Of a DNA stretch of 64,000 bases, positions 17,529 to 25,763 are shown piece after piece; position 1 is the stretch's first letter, and each line of letters starts with the position of its first letter. The DNA comes from a virus. Lineage: Duplodnaviria > Caudoviricetes. Location: IMG/VR virus record IMGVR_UViG_3300046167_000553, positions 693-64,692 of that record; one strand, written 5' to 3'. The notes below the pieces were generated by a model. The model searched no databases and had not been told where the DNA came from. It saw nothing but the letters and a program-made list of their open reading frames with translations. The position numbers were made by a program, and so were the translations under genes.

Positions 17529-17759
17529 ATGATGGAAAACGATGTGGTCAACAGGCCCAATCATTACATGGTAGCTGGCATTGAAGTTAGGGATATACAA
17601 AAGGAGTTATGTTCACCCTTCCTAGGTCAAGAAGCAGCAGACCTGAGCAATGCAATCAAGTACCTACTGCGATCCCCGAGAAAGGGAAAGCTTGTAGAAG
17701 ATTTGAAGAAGTGCCGCAAGCACATTGACTGGCTAATACAATCAATGGAGGGAAAATGA
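17529..17759 (+). CDS. DUF3310 family protein
   Basis: DVVNRPNHY, NAIKYL.R...K, EDLKK motifs. Confidence 0.85.
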   Translation: MMENDVVNRPNHYMVAGIEVRDIQKELCSPFLGQEAADLSNAIKYLLRSPRKGKLVEDLKKCRKHIDWLIQSMEGK

Positions 17760-17989
17760 AAACTAAGATTCATGTTAACCAACATGTGATAAGAAGAAAC
17801 AACAAGTTAAAAGACCCAGACGCTTTCCATGAACCGCCTATTACTGTCAAGCAGGGTACGTTAAATACCTACTGCAAAGCAGTGGAGGTCACAGGGCCGT
17901 GCGTCATAAAGTATTCACCCGACAAGCCACTATCTTGTGGTGCGAAGGTTTGGATAGAAACCGATTCATCCATCATCTATATAAGTTAA
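17756..17989 (+). CDS. Conserved phage hypothetical protein
   Basis: IHVNQHVIR and YSPDKPLSCGAKVWIET motifs. Confidence 0.8.
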   Translation: MKTKIHVNQHVIRRNNKLKDPDAFHEPPITVKQGTLNTYCKAVEVTGPCVIKYSPDKPLSCGAKVWIETDSSIIYIS

Positions 17990-17997
17990 GGAGGTAT

Positions 17998-18249
17998 ATG
18001 AAATCCAAGAAAGCTGATAACCCTGACATACCACTAGACGCCTACCTGTATGGTAGTCCTGAATGGAGAGTAGCAACGTCTAGTTTAGAGTTTGACATAT
18101 TGCTGGCTGTTGAAGCAGCAGAAGTTACAAGTGAACACAGAAAAACAAATATGGCTGTTCTTGATGACTTACGTGTTGTACCAATGGACGAAGTAACACC
18201 AGAGGAACGATCACGTATTGTTGAAATCGTAAAATATCACTTTAGTTAA
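17998..18249 (+). CDS. Hypothetical protein
   Basis: AGGAGG RBS before ATG 17998. Confidence 0.7.
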   Translation: MKSKKADNPDIPLDAYLYGSPEWRVATSSLEFDILLAVEAAEVTSEHRKTNMAVLDDLRVVPMDEVTPEERSRIVEIVKYHFS

Positions 18250-18266
18250 TTAATAGGAAACTAACC

Positions 18267-19349
18267 ATGACTTCATTTGAACAAATGCAAATTAATAGCC
18301 GACTGGTATCAAGCTTAGCGCTACCTTGTGAACACCAAAGCGAGGAATCTAAGCACATGTCATTGAAATCCGGTTGGGTCGTTGACTGTCTGCCGGTCAC
18401 CCAAGAACTTCACGACTACTGCAACGAACTTAGGAAGGCAATGCCCAGTCTACGTTTTGGTGTTGACAGATATGAGTTAGAAGTAGCGCAATCACGCAAC
18501 GGTGCACGGCCATTTTCAAAGTGCTTTGTCTACAGGGCAGATGACATTTATGTAATGGGCGCGTTGGGTTTTGGTACTCTAGGTTGTGCTGACCAAGACA
18601 AATATCTAATCAAGTCTCCGCATATTGAAAACAATATGTTCTGTGCATGGAACCATGCTCACCGATGTAAAGCTACAAAGAACTTAAGGCCAGCCGTAGG
18701 CAATGCGTTGACCTACCTGAGACGGCCAGCTGACAGCGAAGTACTTAACAGTACCATTAGCTCTTATGTGCAAGCAGTGTCTAATTTCCTAGAAAGTGAG
18801 CGTCATGGAATTGCTAAACAAATGCACGAGTTTTACTCAAAGGCTACTGGCATAATGTTTGGTAAGCACTGGGAGGCCAATGAATCTAGGCACGACTTCA
18901 TTGCTATGTTGGGTGCGTATCGTTCAAGGCCCGAAAATTGTAGGCCAGCGGCGGGGTCACCTTGGGTTGACGATCCGATGATTCGTCCTATTAACGAGCT
19001 AGCTAATAGTTATTACAAGCTGGTCGATACTAAAACTGATGTGTGTTTGGTTCACCCTGTTAAAAATGTTGATAATGAATTAATAGGCTACAACATCACG
19101 ACTCTGTTTGAACAGGAAGCGCGTAAGAATCTCAGCATGCATGAAAGCACGGATGTTACGGTTAAAAAGAATTTAGTGACAAGTGACAACGTTGACCAAG
19201 AAATAGCAACCAAAGTGGCTACTCTGTCTATGCTTGAAGAGCGCGATTACACGCCGTTGCTTGGCATGAAGCTGGACGGTGACATTTACTACGTAGAAAC
19301 TAATGTCGAAGCGTTACCTGATGACTACTATGAAAGGGAGGCTGGCTGA
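18267..19349 (+). CDS. Hypothetical protein
   Basis: 360 aa ORF with AGGA RBS. Confidence 0.8.
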   Translation: MTSFEQMQINSRLVSSLALPCEHQSEESKHMSLKSGWVVDCLPVTQELHDYCNELRKAMPSLRFGVDRYELEVAQSRNGARPFSKCFVYRADDIYVMGALGFGTLGCADQDKYLIKSPHIENNMFCAWNHAHRCKATKNLRPAVGNALTYLRRPADSEVLNSTISSYVQAVSNFLESERHGIAKQMHEFYSKATGIMFGKHWEANESRHDFIAMLGAYRSRPENCRPAAGSPWVDDPMIRPINELANSYYKLVDTKTDVCLVHPVKNVDNELIGYNITTLFEQEARKNLSMHESTDVTVKKNLVTSDNVDQEIATKVATLSMLEERDYTPLLGMKLDGDIYYVETNVEALPDDYYEREAG

Positions 19350-19657
19350 TGGCTATGACTCCAGAGGCAAAAGTTAAGCGCAAGGTAACTGACATTCTTA
19401 AGAAGTTAGAATGTTACTACTTTTATCCTGCTACCGGCGGCTATGGTAAGAGCGGTGTGCCTGATATTGTGGCTTGTTACCGAGGTTTGTTTATTGGTAT
19501 CGAATGTAAAGCAGGTAAAAACAAACCCACGATGCTGCAAGAGCGCAACTTGGATCAGATAAGAACGGCTGGGGGACTGGCCGTTGTTGTTAATGAAAAC
19601 AACATAGATGCATTGACTGCTCTGATTATTAATTTAAGGATTGATGTATGCGGGTGA
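19349..19657 (+). CDS. VRR-NUC domain nuclease
   Basis: TPEAKVK, GVPDI, IECKAG..KPT.LQ. Confidence 0.9.
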   Translation: MAMTPEAKVKRKVTDILKKLECYYFYPATGGYGKSGVPDIVACYRGLFIGIECKAGKNKPTMLQERNLDQIRTAGGLAVVVNENNIDALTALIINLRIDVCG

Positions 19658-21567
19658 TAACGTTAGACACTGAATGCTATGTTAATTACTTTCTTATGGT
19701 GTTCACCAATCAATCTGGAAAGTCTAAATCATTTGAGATATTTAATGACGATGACTCTACGTTTGATAAGGGTGAGATTGCTAAGATTCTGCTAAACCCT
19801 GAACACGAGATTGTAACGTTTAACGGGAATGGCTACGACATGCCGATTGTTAATCTTGCATTGACAGGCAGGGCATCCAACTCCGATCTTAAAAGAGTTA
19901 GCGACGACATAATCGTAAACAACCAAAGGTCTTGGCAGGTTTACAGGAAGTACGGCATTGAACCTTTGCCCGTGAATCACATTGACCTGCAAGAAGTAGC
20001 GATCGGTATGGTCAGCCTGAAGATATACGGAGGTAGGATGCACAGCAAAAAGCTGCAAGACCTACCGCTTGAACCTGATACCGTAATCCAACCGGAACAC
20101 TTGTCTGATATGCGTAAGTACTGCAAGAACGATACGCTATTAACTCTTGATCTGTATAACACGTTAGAGAAACAAGTAGAGTTAAGACGAACCATGAGTG
20201 CCGAGTATAAAACAGACCTGCGCTCAAAATCAGATGCTCAGATAGCAGAGGCCGTATTAAAAGCTGAGTATAAACGTATACACGGTGACTTCCCTGAGCG
20301 AGTGCCGTTAGACTACAAAGAGTTTTACTATGCGCCGCCGAGCTATATTAAGTTTATATCACAAGAACTTAAGGACATGCTCAATACCGTAGTGTCTGCA
20401 AAGATGGAAATATCAGATACCGGTCACGTTGCAATGCCCAAAGAGATTGCCAAGCTGAAAATAAAGATAGGCAATGGCACATACAAGATTGGTATTGGGG
20501 GATTGCACAGTCAAGAGTCTGAAGTATCTCATCACGAGGATGAAGATTATATACTTCTTGATAGAGATGTAGCCTCTTACTATCCCACCCTCATGCTCAA
20601 TCTCAAGCTATTTCCCAGCGCCTTTGGCGACACTTTCCAAACAGTTTACCGTAATATCCTAGAGACAAGACTGAAAGCCAAGGCTGATGGCAACAAGACT
20701 GTTGCTGACTCATTGAAGATTGTTCTCAATGGTACGTTTGGTAAAACTTCAAACGTTTATTCCAGCCTGTATAGTCCTGACTTAATGATAGCTACTACTC
20801 TGACAGGTCAGTTGTCGTTACTTATGTTAATAGAAGCTATTGAATACATCGGGTGCGAGGTCGTATCAGCCAATACAGATGGTGTGGTTATTAAATCAGC
20901 ACGTAGTTTAAAACCTACACTTGATAACTTAGTCGCTCAGTGGGAGAGACGCACCAATCTTGAGACAGAAGAGACGCTATATACTTCTTTGTATTCCAGA
21001 GATGTTAATAACTACATAGCGATAAAGCCTGATGGTGTAAAGACCAAAGGAGTGTACGCCCCAGACGGTTTAAACAAAAACCCCCAAGCACCTATCTGCG
21101 TCGAGGCTGCTACCCAATACCTTTTAAATGGAATACCTTATGAGGAAACCATAACGTCATCCGGGGACATGACACGTTTTGTAACCGTGAGAAGAGTTAC
21201 GGGTGGTGCAGTCAAAGACGGAACCAATCTAGGAAAAGCTATACGCTGGTACTACAGCACCGACAACAAGAACCCCATAACATATTTAAAGAATGGCAAC
21301 ATCGTTCCGCGTTCCGAGGGTGCAAAGCCTTGCCTAGATTTACCTACCGAGTTTCCAACAGACATTGATTACCAATGGTATATTGCCGAAACCAAAGATA
21401 TACTGGTATCAATTGGCGCTTTGCCTAGACCTGTGTATGAAAAGCTACCACGTAAAAATAGCAAGAAGTGGAAAGAGTTATTTCAAGCAGGTGAAATACA
21501 ATTAGACGTTAAAGGTAAATCGCAATGGGTACACCCCGAGCAGCACCTTGGAGTTTCAGCAAGATAA
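19648..21567 (+). CDS. DNA polymerase, family B-like, with 3'-5' exonuclease
   Basis: Exo I DTECY, Exo II FNGNGYD, Exo III YCKND; polymerase motifs DVASYYP, KIVLNGTFG, SANTDG. Confidence 0.9.
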   Translation: MRVITLDTECYVNYFLMVFTNQSGKSKSFEIFNDDDSTFDKGEIAKILLNPEHEIVTFNGNGYDMPIVNLALTGRASNSDLKRVSDDIIVNNQRSWQVYRKYGIEPLPVNHIDLQEVAIGMVSLKIYGGRMHSKKLQDLPLEPDTVIQPEHLSDMRKYCKNDTLLTLDLYNTLEKQVELRRTMSAEYKTDLRSKSDAQIAEAVLKAEYKRIHGDFPERVPLDYKEFYYAPPSYIKFISQELKDMLNTVVSAKMEISDTGHVAMPKEIAKLKIKIGNGTYKIGIGGLHSQESEVSHHEDEDYILLDRDVASYYPTLMLNLKLFPSAFGDTFQTVYRNILETRLKAKADGNKTVADSLKIVLNGTFGKTSNVYSSLYSPDLMIATTLTGQLSLLMLIEAIEYIGCEVVSANTDGVVIKSARSLKPTLDNLVAQWERRTNLETEETLYTSLYSRDVNNYIAIKPDGVKTKGVYAPDGLNKNPQAPICVEAATQYLLNGIPYEETITSSGDMTRFVTVRRVTGGAVKDGTNLGKAIRWYYSTDNKNPITYLKNGNIVPRSEGAKPCLDLPTEFPTDIDYQWYIAETKDILVSIGALPRPVYEKLPRKNSKKWKELFQAGEIQLDVKGKSQWVHPEQHLGVSAR

Positions 21568-22208
21568 AAGCTTTTGAGCAATGCCCTAGACAGTTTCACC
21601 AAGTCAAGGTTATAAAAGCTTATCCACAAGAAGAAACAGATGCCATGTTATATGGCACGGCCTACCACGAGGCGGCTGAGTTTTATGTTAGAGATAACAC
21701 GCCGCTCCCTCCGCAGTTTGAGTTCTCTCAAAAACTTCTTGATTCATTAAATGCAAAGACAGGTAAAAAGCTCTGCGAGTACGAGTTGGGTTTAACCGCT
21801 GATCTTGAGCCTTGCACATTCAAGGCAGACGATGTTTGGTTCAGAGGTATCGTTGACCTACTTATATTAGATGAGGAAAACGAGTTAGCGTGGGTCATTG
21901 ACTACAAGACGGGTCGGAACACAAAGTATGCCGATACGGGTCAGTTGGAGCTTATGGCACTTGCAACCTTCAAACACTTCCCTCAAATCAAAAAGGTAAG
22001 AGCAGGGCTGCTCTTTGTTGTAGCTGATAAGTTAATAAAAACAAGTTACGATAAAGAAGATAGCATTAAGTTGTGGCAAAAATGGTTGTCTGACTACAGT
22101 AGAATGGAAAAATCGTTTGACAATGACGTTTGGAACGCCCATCCTAGTGGCTTATGTCGTAGGCATTGCCCAGTAAAGGAATGCCCACACAACGGGGCTT
22201 ATGGTTAA
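21525..22208 (+). CDS. PD-(D/E)XK (Cas4/RecB-like) exonuclease
   Basis: WSFS....FEQCP, G.VDL, IDYKTG, QL, C..C.....C. Confidence 0.88.
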   Translation: MGTPRAAPWSFSKIKAFEQCPRQFHQVKVIKAYPQEETDAMLYGTAYHEAAEFYVRDNTPLPPQFEFSQKLLDSLNAKTGKKLCEYELGLTADLEPCTFKADDVWFRGIVDLLILDEENELAWVIDYKTGRNTKYADTGQLELMALATFKHFPQIKKVRAGLLFVVADKLIKTSYDKEDSIKLWQKWLSDYSRMEKSFDNDVWNAHPSGLCRRHCPVKECPHNGAYG

Positions 22209-22465
22209 TGGCTAGAGATTACAAAAAAGAGTACCAGACGCAAAAGAAACGGGGCGAAACCCCTGATCGGATGGAACGTCAGCGTGCACGCAGGGCCATT
22301 GATAAGCGCGATACAGGGACAGTTACAAAGAAGTCTCCCAAGCGTAAAGGTAAAGATGTAAGTCACAACAAAATGCTCAGCAAAGGCGGCAGCAATAAAG
22401 ACGGCTACCGCTTAGAAAGCCCTTCAAAGAATAGGGCAAGGAACGGCCAAAAGAAAAAGAAGTAA
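22208..22465 (+). CDS. Small basic HNH-like protein
   Basis: RDYKKEY, KDVSH....KGGSN, NR.RN. Confidence 0.7.
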   Translation: MARDYKKEYQTQKKRGETPDRMERQRARRAIDKRDTGTVTKKSPKRKGKDVSHNKMLSKGGSNKDGYRLESPSKNRARNGQKKKK

Positions 22466-22486
22466 AGTTATACATTATGTATAACT
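22466..22486. repeat. Palindrome copy 9, AGTTATAC-ATTAT-GTATAACT
   Basis: Directly abuts TAA 22463-22465; upstream of the helicase. Confidence 0.9.
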
Positions 22487-22543
22487 TTAGTATCTGAGTG
22501 ACGCACACGCGTTTCGCTCCGCTCTGTTATGCAAGGAGACTGC

Positions 22544-24079
22544 ATGGAGATTATAAAAGATAAAGCACTTAAGCTTAAAGTGAAGCATCCAAAACGAATT
22601 ACCGAGGTTATACCAAAGAGCAAACAAGTATCCGAACATGAAGTCCTAGTTAATTGGGGCGTACCGGAAACCAAGGTGCTTCGTAACCTAAACATAAACG
22701 CCCCTTCCCCTATCGAACGTCAGTATAATTGGACAGGTAAATACTCACCGTTTGATCATCAAGTTGTAACCTCTTCATTCTTCACCATGCACTCGCGATG
22801 TTTCTGTTTCAACGAAATGGGTACAGGTAAAACGGCTAGTGTGATATGGGCCTCTGACTTCCTTCTAAATCAAAAAGAAATTAACAGGGTCTTAATTGTA
22901 TGCCCGCTGTCCATCATGGATTCCGCTTGGCGTGCTGATCTTTTCACCTTTGCGATGCACAGACGAGTTGACATTGCACACGGCACACCCACCAAGCGCA
23001 AAGCAATCATAAACGGCGATGCCGAGTACGTAATCATAAACTATGAGGGTATTGAGATTGTTCTTGATGAGCTTCTTAACGGTGGCTTTGATCTTGTTGT
23101 AGTTGATGAAGCAAACGCTTACAAAAACGCTAAGTCTAAAAGATGGAAAGTTCTTAATCGTTTAATAGATAGGGATACCCGCCTATGGATGATGACCGGT
23201 ACACCGGCAGCGCAGTCCCCGCTTGATGCGTATGGGTTAGCAAAGCTAGTTAATCCCTCAGCAGTGCCGCAGTTCTTCGGATCATGGCGTGATCAAGTTA
23301 TGAACAAAGTCACTCAGTTTAAATACGTGCCTAAAGCCGACGCTACTGATACGGTGTTTAGAGTTTTGCAGCCAGCCATACGGTACACCAAAGAGGAATG
23401 TCTTGACCTGCCAGAAGTTACGATGGTCAAGCGTAAGGTAGACCTGACGCCACAGCAATCCAAGTACTACAAAGATATTAAGAATAAGATGGTGATAGCC
23501 GCTGATGGCGAAGAAGTTACCGCAGCCAACGCAGCCATTGTGATGAACAAGCTACTGCAAATTAGTTCCGGTGCTGTCTACAGTGACAACGGCGAGTCGC
23601 TGATGTTCGATATAAAGAACAGATACAAAGTTCTTAAAGAGGTGATAGACGAGTCAAGTCAAAAGGTTTTAATCTTTGCTCCGTTTAAGCATGTGATCAG
23701 TTCCCTTTCTGATAAGCTACGTGCAGATGGTTTGTCGTGCGATGTAATTTCCGGTGCCGTCAACGTGTCCAAGCGCACAGAAATATTTAAGTCGTTTCAG
23801 CAAAACCCCGACCCCCAAGTACTGATAATCCAACCGCAAGCTGCCGCGCACGGTGTTACGCTAACCGCAGCCAACACAGTTGTTTGGTGGGGGCCAACGT
23901 CGTCTCTAGATATTTTCTATCAAGCTAACGCTAGGATTCATAGAGCAGGGCAGAAACACAAGTGTACAGTGGTACAGCTAATTGGATCAGCAGTTGAAGA
24001 TCATGTGTACTCGTTATTAGATCAGAGAATTGATGTTCACTCAAAAGTTGTCGATCTTTATAAACAATTACTTGACTAG
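22544..24079 (+). CDS. SNF2-like superfamily 2 helicase
   Basis: EMGTGKT, VVDEA, MTGTP, HGVTLT, QANARIHRAGQ; AAGGAG RBS before ATG 22544. Confidence 0.92.
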   Translation: MEIIKDKALKLKVKHPKRITEVIPKSKQVSEHEVLVNWGVPETKVLRNLNINAPSPIERQYNWTGKYSPFDHQVVTSSFFTMHSRCFCFNEMGTGKTASVIWASDFLLNQKEINRVLIVCPLSIMDSAWRADLFTFAMHRRVDIAHGTPTKRKAIINGDAEYVIINYEGIEIVLDELLNGGFDLVVVDEANAYKNAKSKRWKVLNRLIDRDTRLWMMTGTPAAQSPLDAYGLAKLVNPSAVPQFFGSWRDQVMNKVTQFKYVPKADATDTVFRVLQPAIRYTKEECLDLPEVTMVKRKVDLTPQQSKYYKDIKNKMVIAADGEEVTAANAAIVMNKLLQISSGAVYSDNGESLMFDIKNRYKVLKEVIDESSQKVLIFAPFKHVISSLSDKLRADGLSCDVISGAVNVSKRTEIFKSFQQNPDPQVLIIQPQAAAHGVTLTAANTVVWWGPTSSLDIFYQANARIHRAGQKHKCTVVQLIGSAVEDHVYSLLDQRIDVHSKVVDLYKQLLD

Positions 24080-24100
24080 CTCACAGCCCTCACCTATATT
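24072..24100 (+). promoter_or_regulatory. Sigma70-type promoter for the replication genes
   Basis: TTGACT-17 bp-TATATT. Confidence 0.7.
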
Positions 24101-24142
24101 AACCAACCCCGAGTAATTTTCGGTGCGCGAAAGGAGAGTAAG

Positions 24143-24535
24143 ATGGATGTTTCTGTCGAGAAGTTAACTGATATATACCTTAAAATAAAAGGTAAAAGAG
24201 ATATTTTATCTCGCGATTTCAAGCAGGAAGATGAACGCTTGAAGACACAGCAAGAACGGATCAAACGGGCCTTGCTGGATTACTGCAAAGAAAACGATAT
24301 TGAGTCTGTTCGCACAGAAGCAGGTACTTTTTATCGGTCTATAAAAACTAAGTACTGGACAAATGACTGGGCATCTATGCATCAGTTCATACTCCAGCAT
24401 GAAGTTCCTGAGTTCTTAACGAAGTCTTTGAATCAAGCTAACGTTAAGCAGTTCATGGATGAAAACCCCACCCTTGTACCCGCTGGACTCAATGTTGATT
24501 CCGAGTATGTGGTATCAGTGCGAAAAGCTAAATAG
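24143..24535 (+). CDS. Conserved replication-module protein
   Basis: 130 aa, coiled coil, SVRT..GT.YR and YW..DW motifs. Confidence 0.8.
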   Translation: MDVSVEKLTDIYLKIKGKRDILSRDFKQEDERLKTQQERIKRALLDYCKENDIESVRTEAGTFYRSIKTKYWTNDWASMHQFILQHEVPEFLTKSLNQANVKQFMDENPTLVPAGLNVDSEYVVSVRKAK

Positions 24536-24544
24536 GAGGCAGAA

Positions 24545-24808
24545 ATGTCTGATAAAGAACAACCGGCCACAAGCCCTTTTGAAACTACAGAGGGCGTTGC
24601 ACAGTATTTTAACGTGTCTGTCTGGACAGTTAGAGACTGGGTTAAACGTGGCATCATACCCTCATCAGCTTACATAAAGGTAGCTAAGACTACTCGCTTT
24701 AAGCTGGATCAAGTGGAAGCTGCATTGGTATCAGTAATGTCTCAAGACGAAACTGAAACCGAAGCAGACGACGAGCCTGTAACTGTAGAACCCATTTACC
24801 TTAACTAA
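24545..24808 (+). CDS. Helix-turn-helix DNA-binding protein (excisionase/MerR-like)
   Basis: T.EGVAQYFNVS.WTVRDWVKRG.IP...RF. Confidence 0.85.
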   Translation: MSDKEQPATSPFETTEGVAQYFNVSVWTVRDWVKRGIIPSSAYIKVAKTTRFKLDQVEAALVSVMSQDETETEADDEPVTVEPIYLN

Positions 24809-24819
24809 GAGAGACTATT

Positions 24820-25713
24820 ATGAGTACGAACATGACAACTTGGAAAGACGGTTTAGGTGCAAACCTAAAAGATTTCGAGGAAGCAAGCAGTAATCTTTCA
24901 GATGCAAGCGGTGGCGGTAAGTCACGGCGCATCAGTGTGAACGGCAGTCGGTTTAGGAAGATTGTAGGTGGTGAGCAGGTTGAGGTCAGCAATTCAAGCT
25001 CAATGAATATCATCATTGTGAATGCCGCTCCGGTATCACGTACCTACTACGAGGGAACGTACGATCCAGAAAACCCCGCTCCTCCTGCCTGTTGGTCACA
25101 GGACGCAAACGGTGGCGTACCTGCTAAAGATGTAACAGATGAAGGCCGACAGTCCTCACGTTGCGGTGACTGCCCTCAGAACGTCAAGGGATCAGGTCAA
25201 GGCCAGTCTCGTGCGTGTCGTTTTAACCAGCGACTAGCGGTAGCCATAGAAGGTGATTTAGATAATATCTATCAGCTTCAACTTGCAGCGACTAGCATCT
25301 TTGGTCAGGCTATTAATGGCAACATGCCGATGGGTGCTTATGCTAAGTACTTAAAGGAACACAGTGCGCCAGCTTCAGCCATCGTTACGCAGATGTACTT
25401 CGATGAGTCGGCCTCTGTTCCTAAGTTATTCTTCAAACCCGTCCGTCCTTTGGAAGAGGCTGAGCTTGACCAAATAAGAGCAAAGCTTAAGTCTGAAGAT
25501 ACGATGCGTGCCATTGAGCTTACCGTGGCTCAGACCGATGGGGTAGAGAAGAAGCCTCAGCTTGAAGCACCTGTAAAAAAGGCACCTGTAAAAGAAGCTC
25601 CGAAAGAAGAAGTGATCGAAGAACCCAAGAAAGCAGTTAAGTCAAGCAATGCTGTTGATAAAGAAAGTTTAGGTTCAGCACTAGACGAAGTGATTGATGA
25701 ATGGGACGATTGA
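24820..25713 (+). CDS. ssDNA-binding/annealing-like replication protein
   Basis: RTYY.G.YD, P.CWS, C..CPQN.KGSG...RAC; acidic tail DEWDD. Confidence 0.65.
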   Translation: MSTNMTTWKDGLGANLKDFEEASSNLSDASGGGKSRRISVNGSRFRKIVGGEQVEVSNSSSMNIIIVNAAPVSRTYYEGTYDPENPAPPACWSQDANGGVPAKDVTDEGRQSSRCGDCPQNVKGSGQGQSRACRFNQRLAVAIEGDLDNIYQLQLAATSIFGQAINGNMPMGAYAKYLKEHSAPASAIVTQMYFDESASVPKLFFKPVRPLEEAELDQIRAKLKSEDTMRAIELTVAQTDGVEKKPQLEAPVKKAPVKEAPKEEVIEEPKKAVKSSNAVDKESLGSALDEVIDEWDD

Positions 25714-25722
25714 TCTGACCCC

Positions 25723-25751
25723 CGCCCCTGCCATGTAGGTGGGGGCATTTT
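25723..25751 (+). terminator. Terminator/attenuator-like hairpin just upstream of the primase RBS
   Basis: GCCCCTGCC-ATGTA-GGTGGGGGC followed by ATTTTT. Confidence 0.55.
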
Positions 25752-25763
25752 TGGAGACATACC

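Noticed and set aside
21525-22208. Cas4-like nuclease as evidence of CRISPR-Cas
   Set aside because: Stand-alone PD-(D/E)XK exonuclease in a normal phage replication module
9901-22486. Palindrome as a loxP or dif (XerCD) site
   Set aside because: It shares only ATAACT(T) with loxP; 8-5-8 geometry does not fit 13-8-13 or 11-6-11, and no tyrosine recombinase is visible in the window
24545-24808. Excisionase-like HTH as evidence of lysogeny
   Set aside because: No integrase, att site or host genes in the window; such HTH genes occur in replication modules
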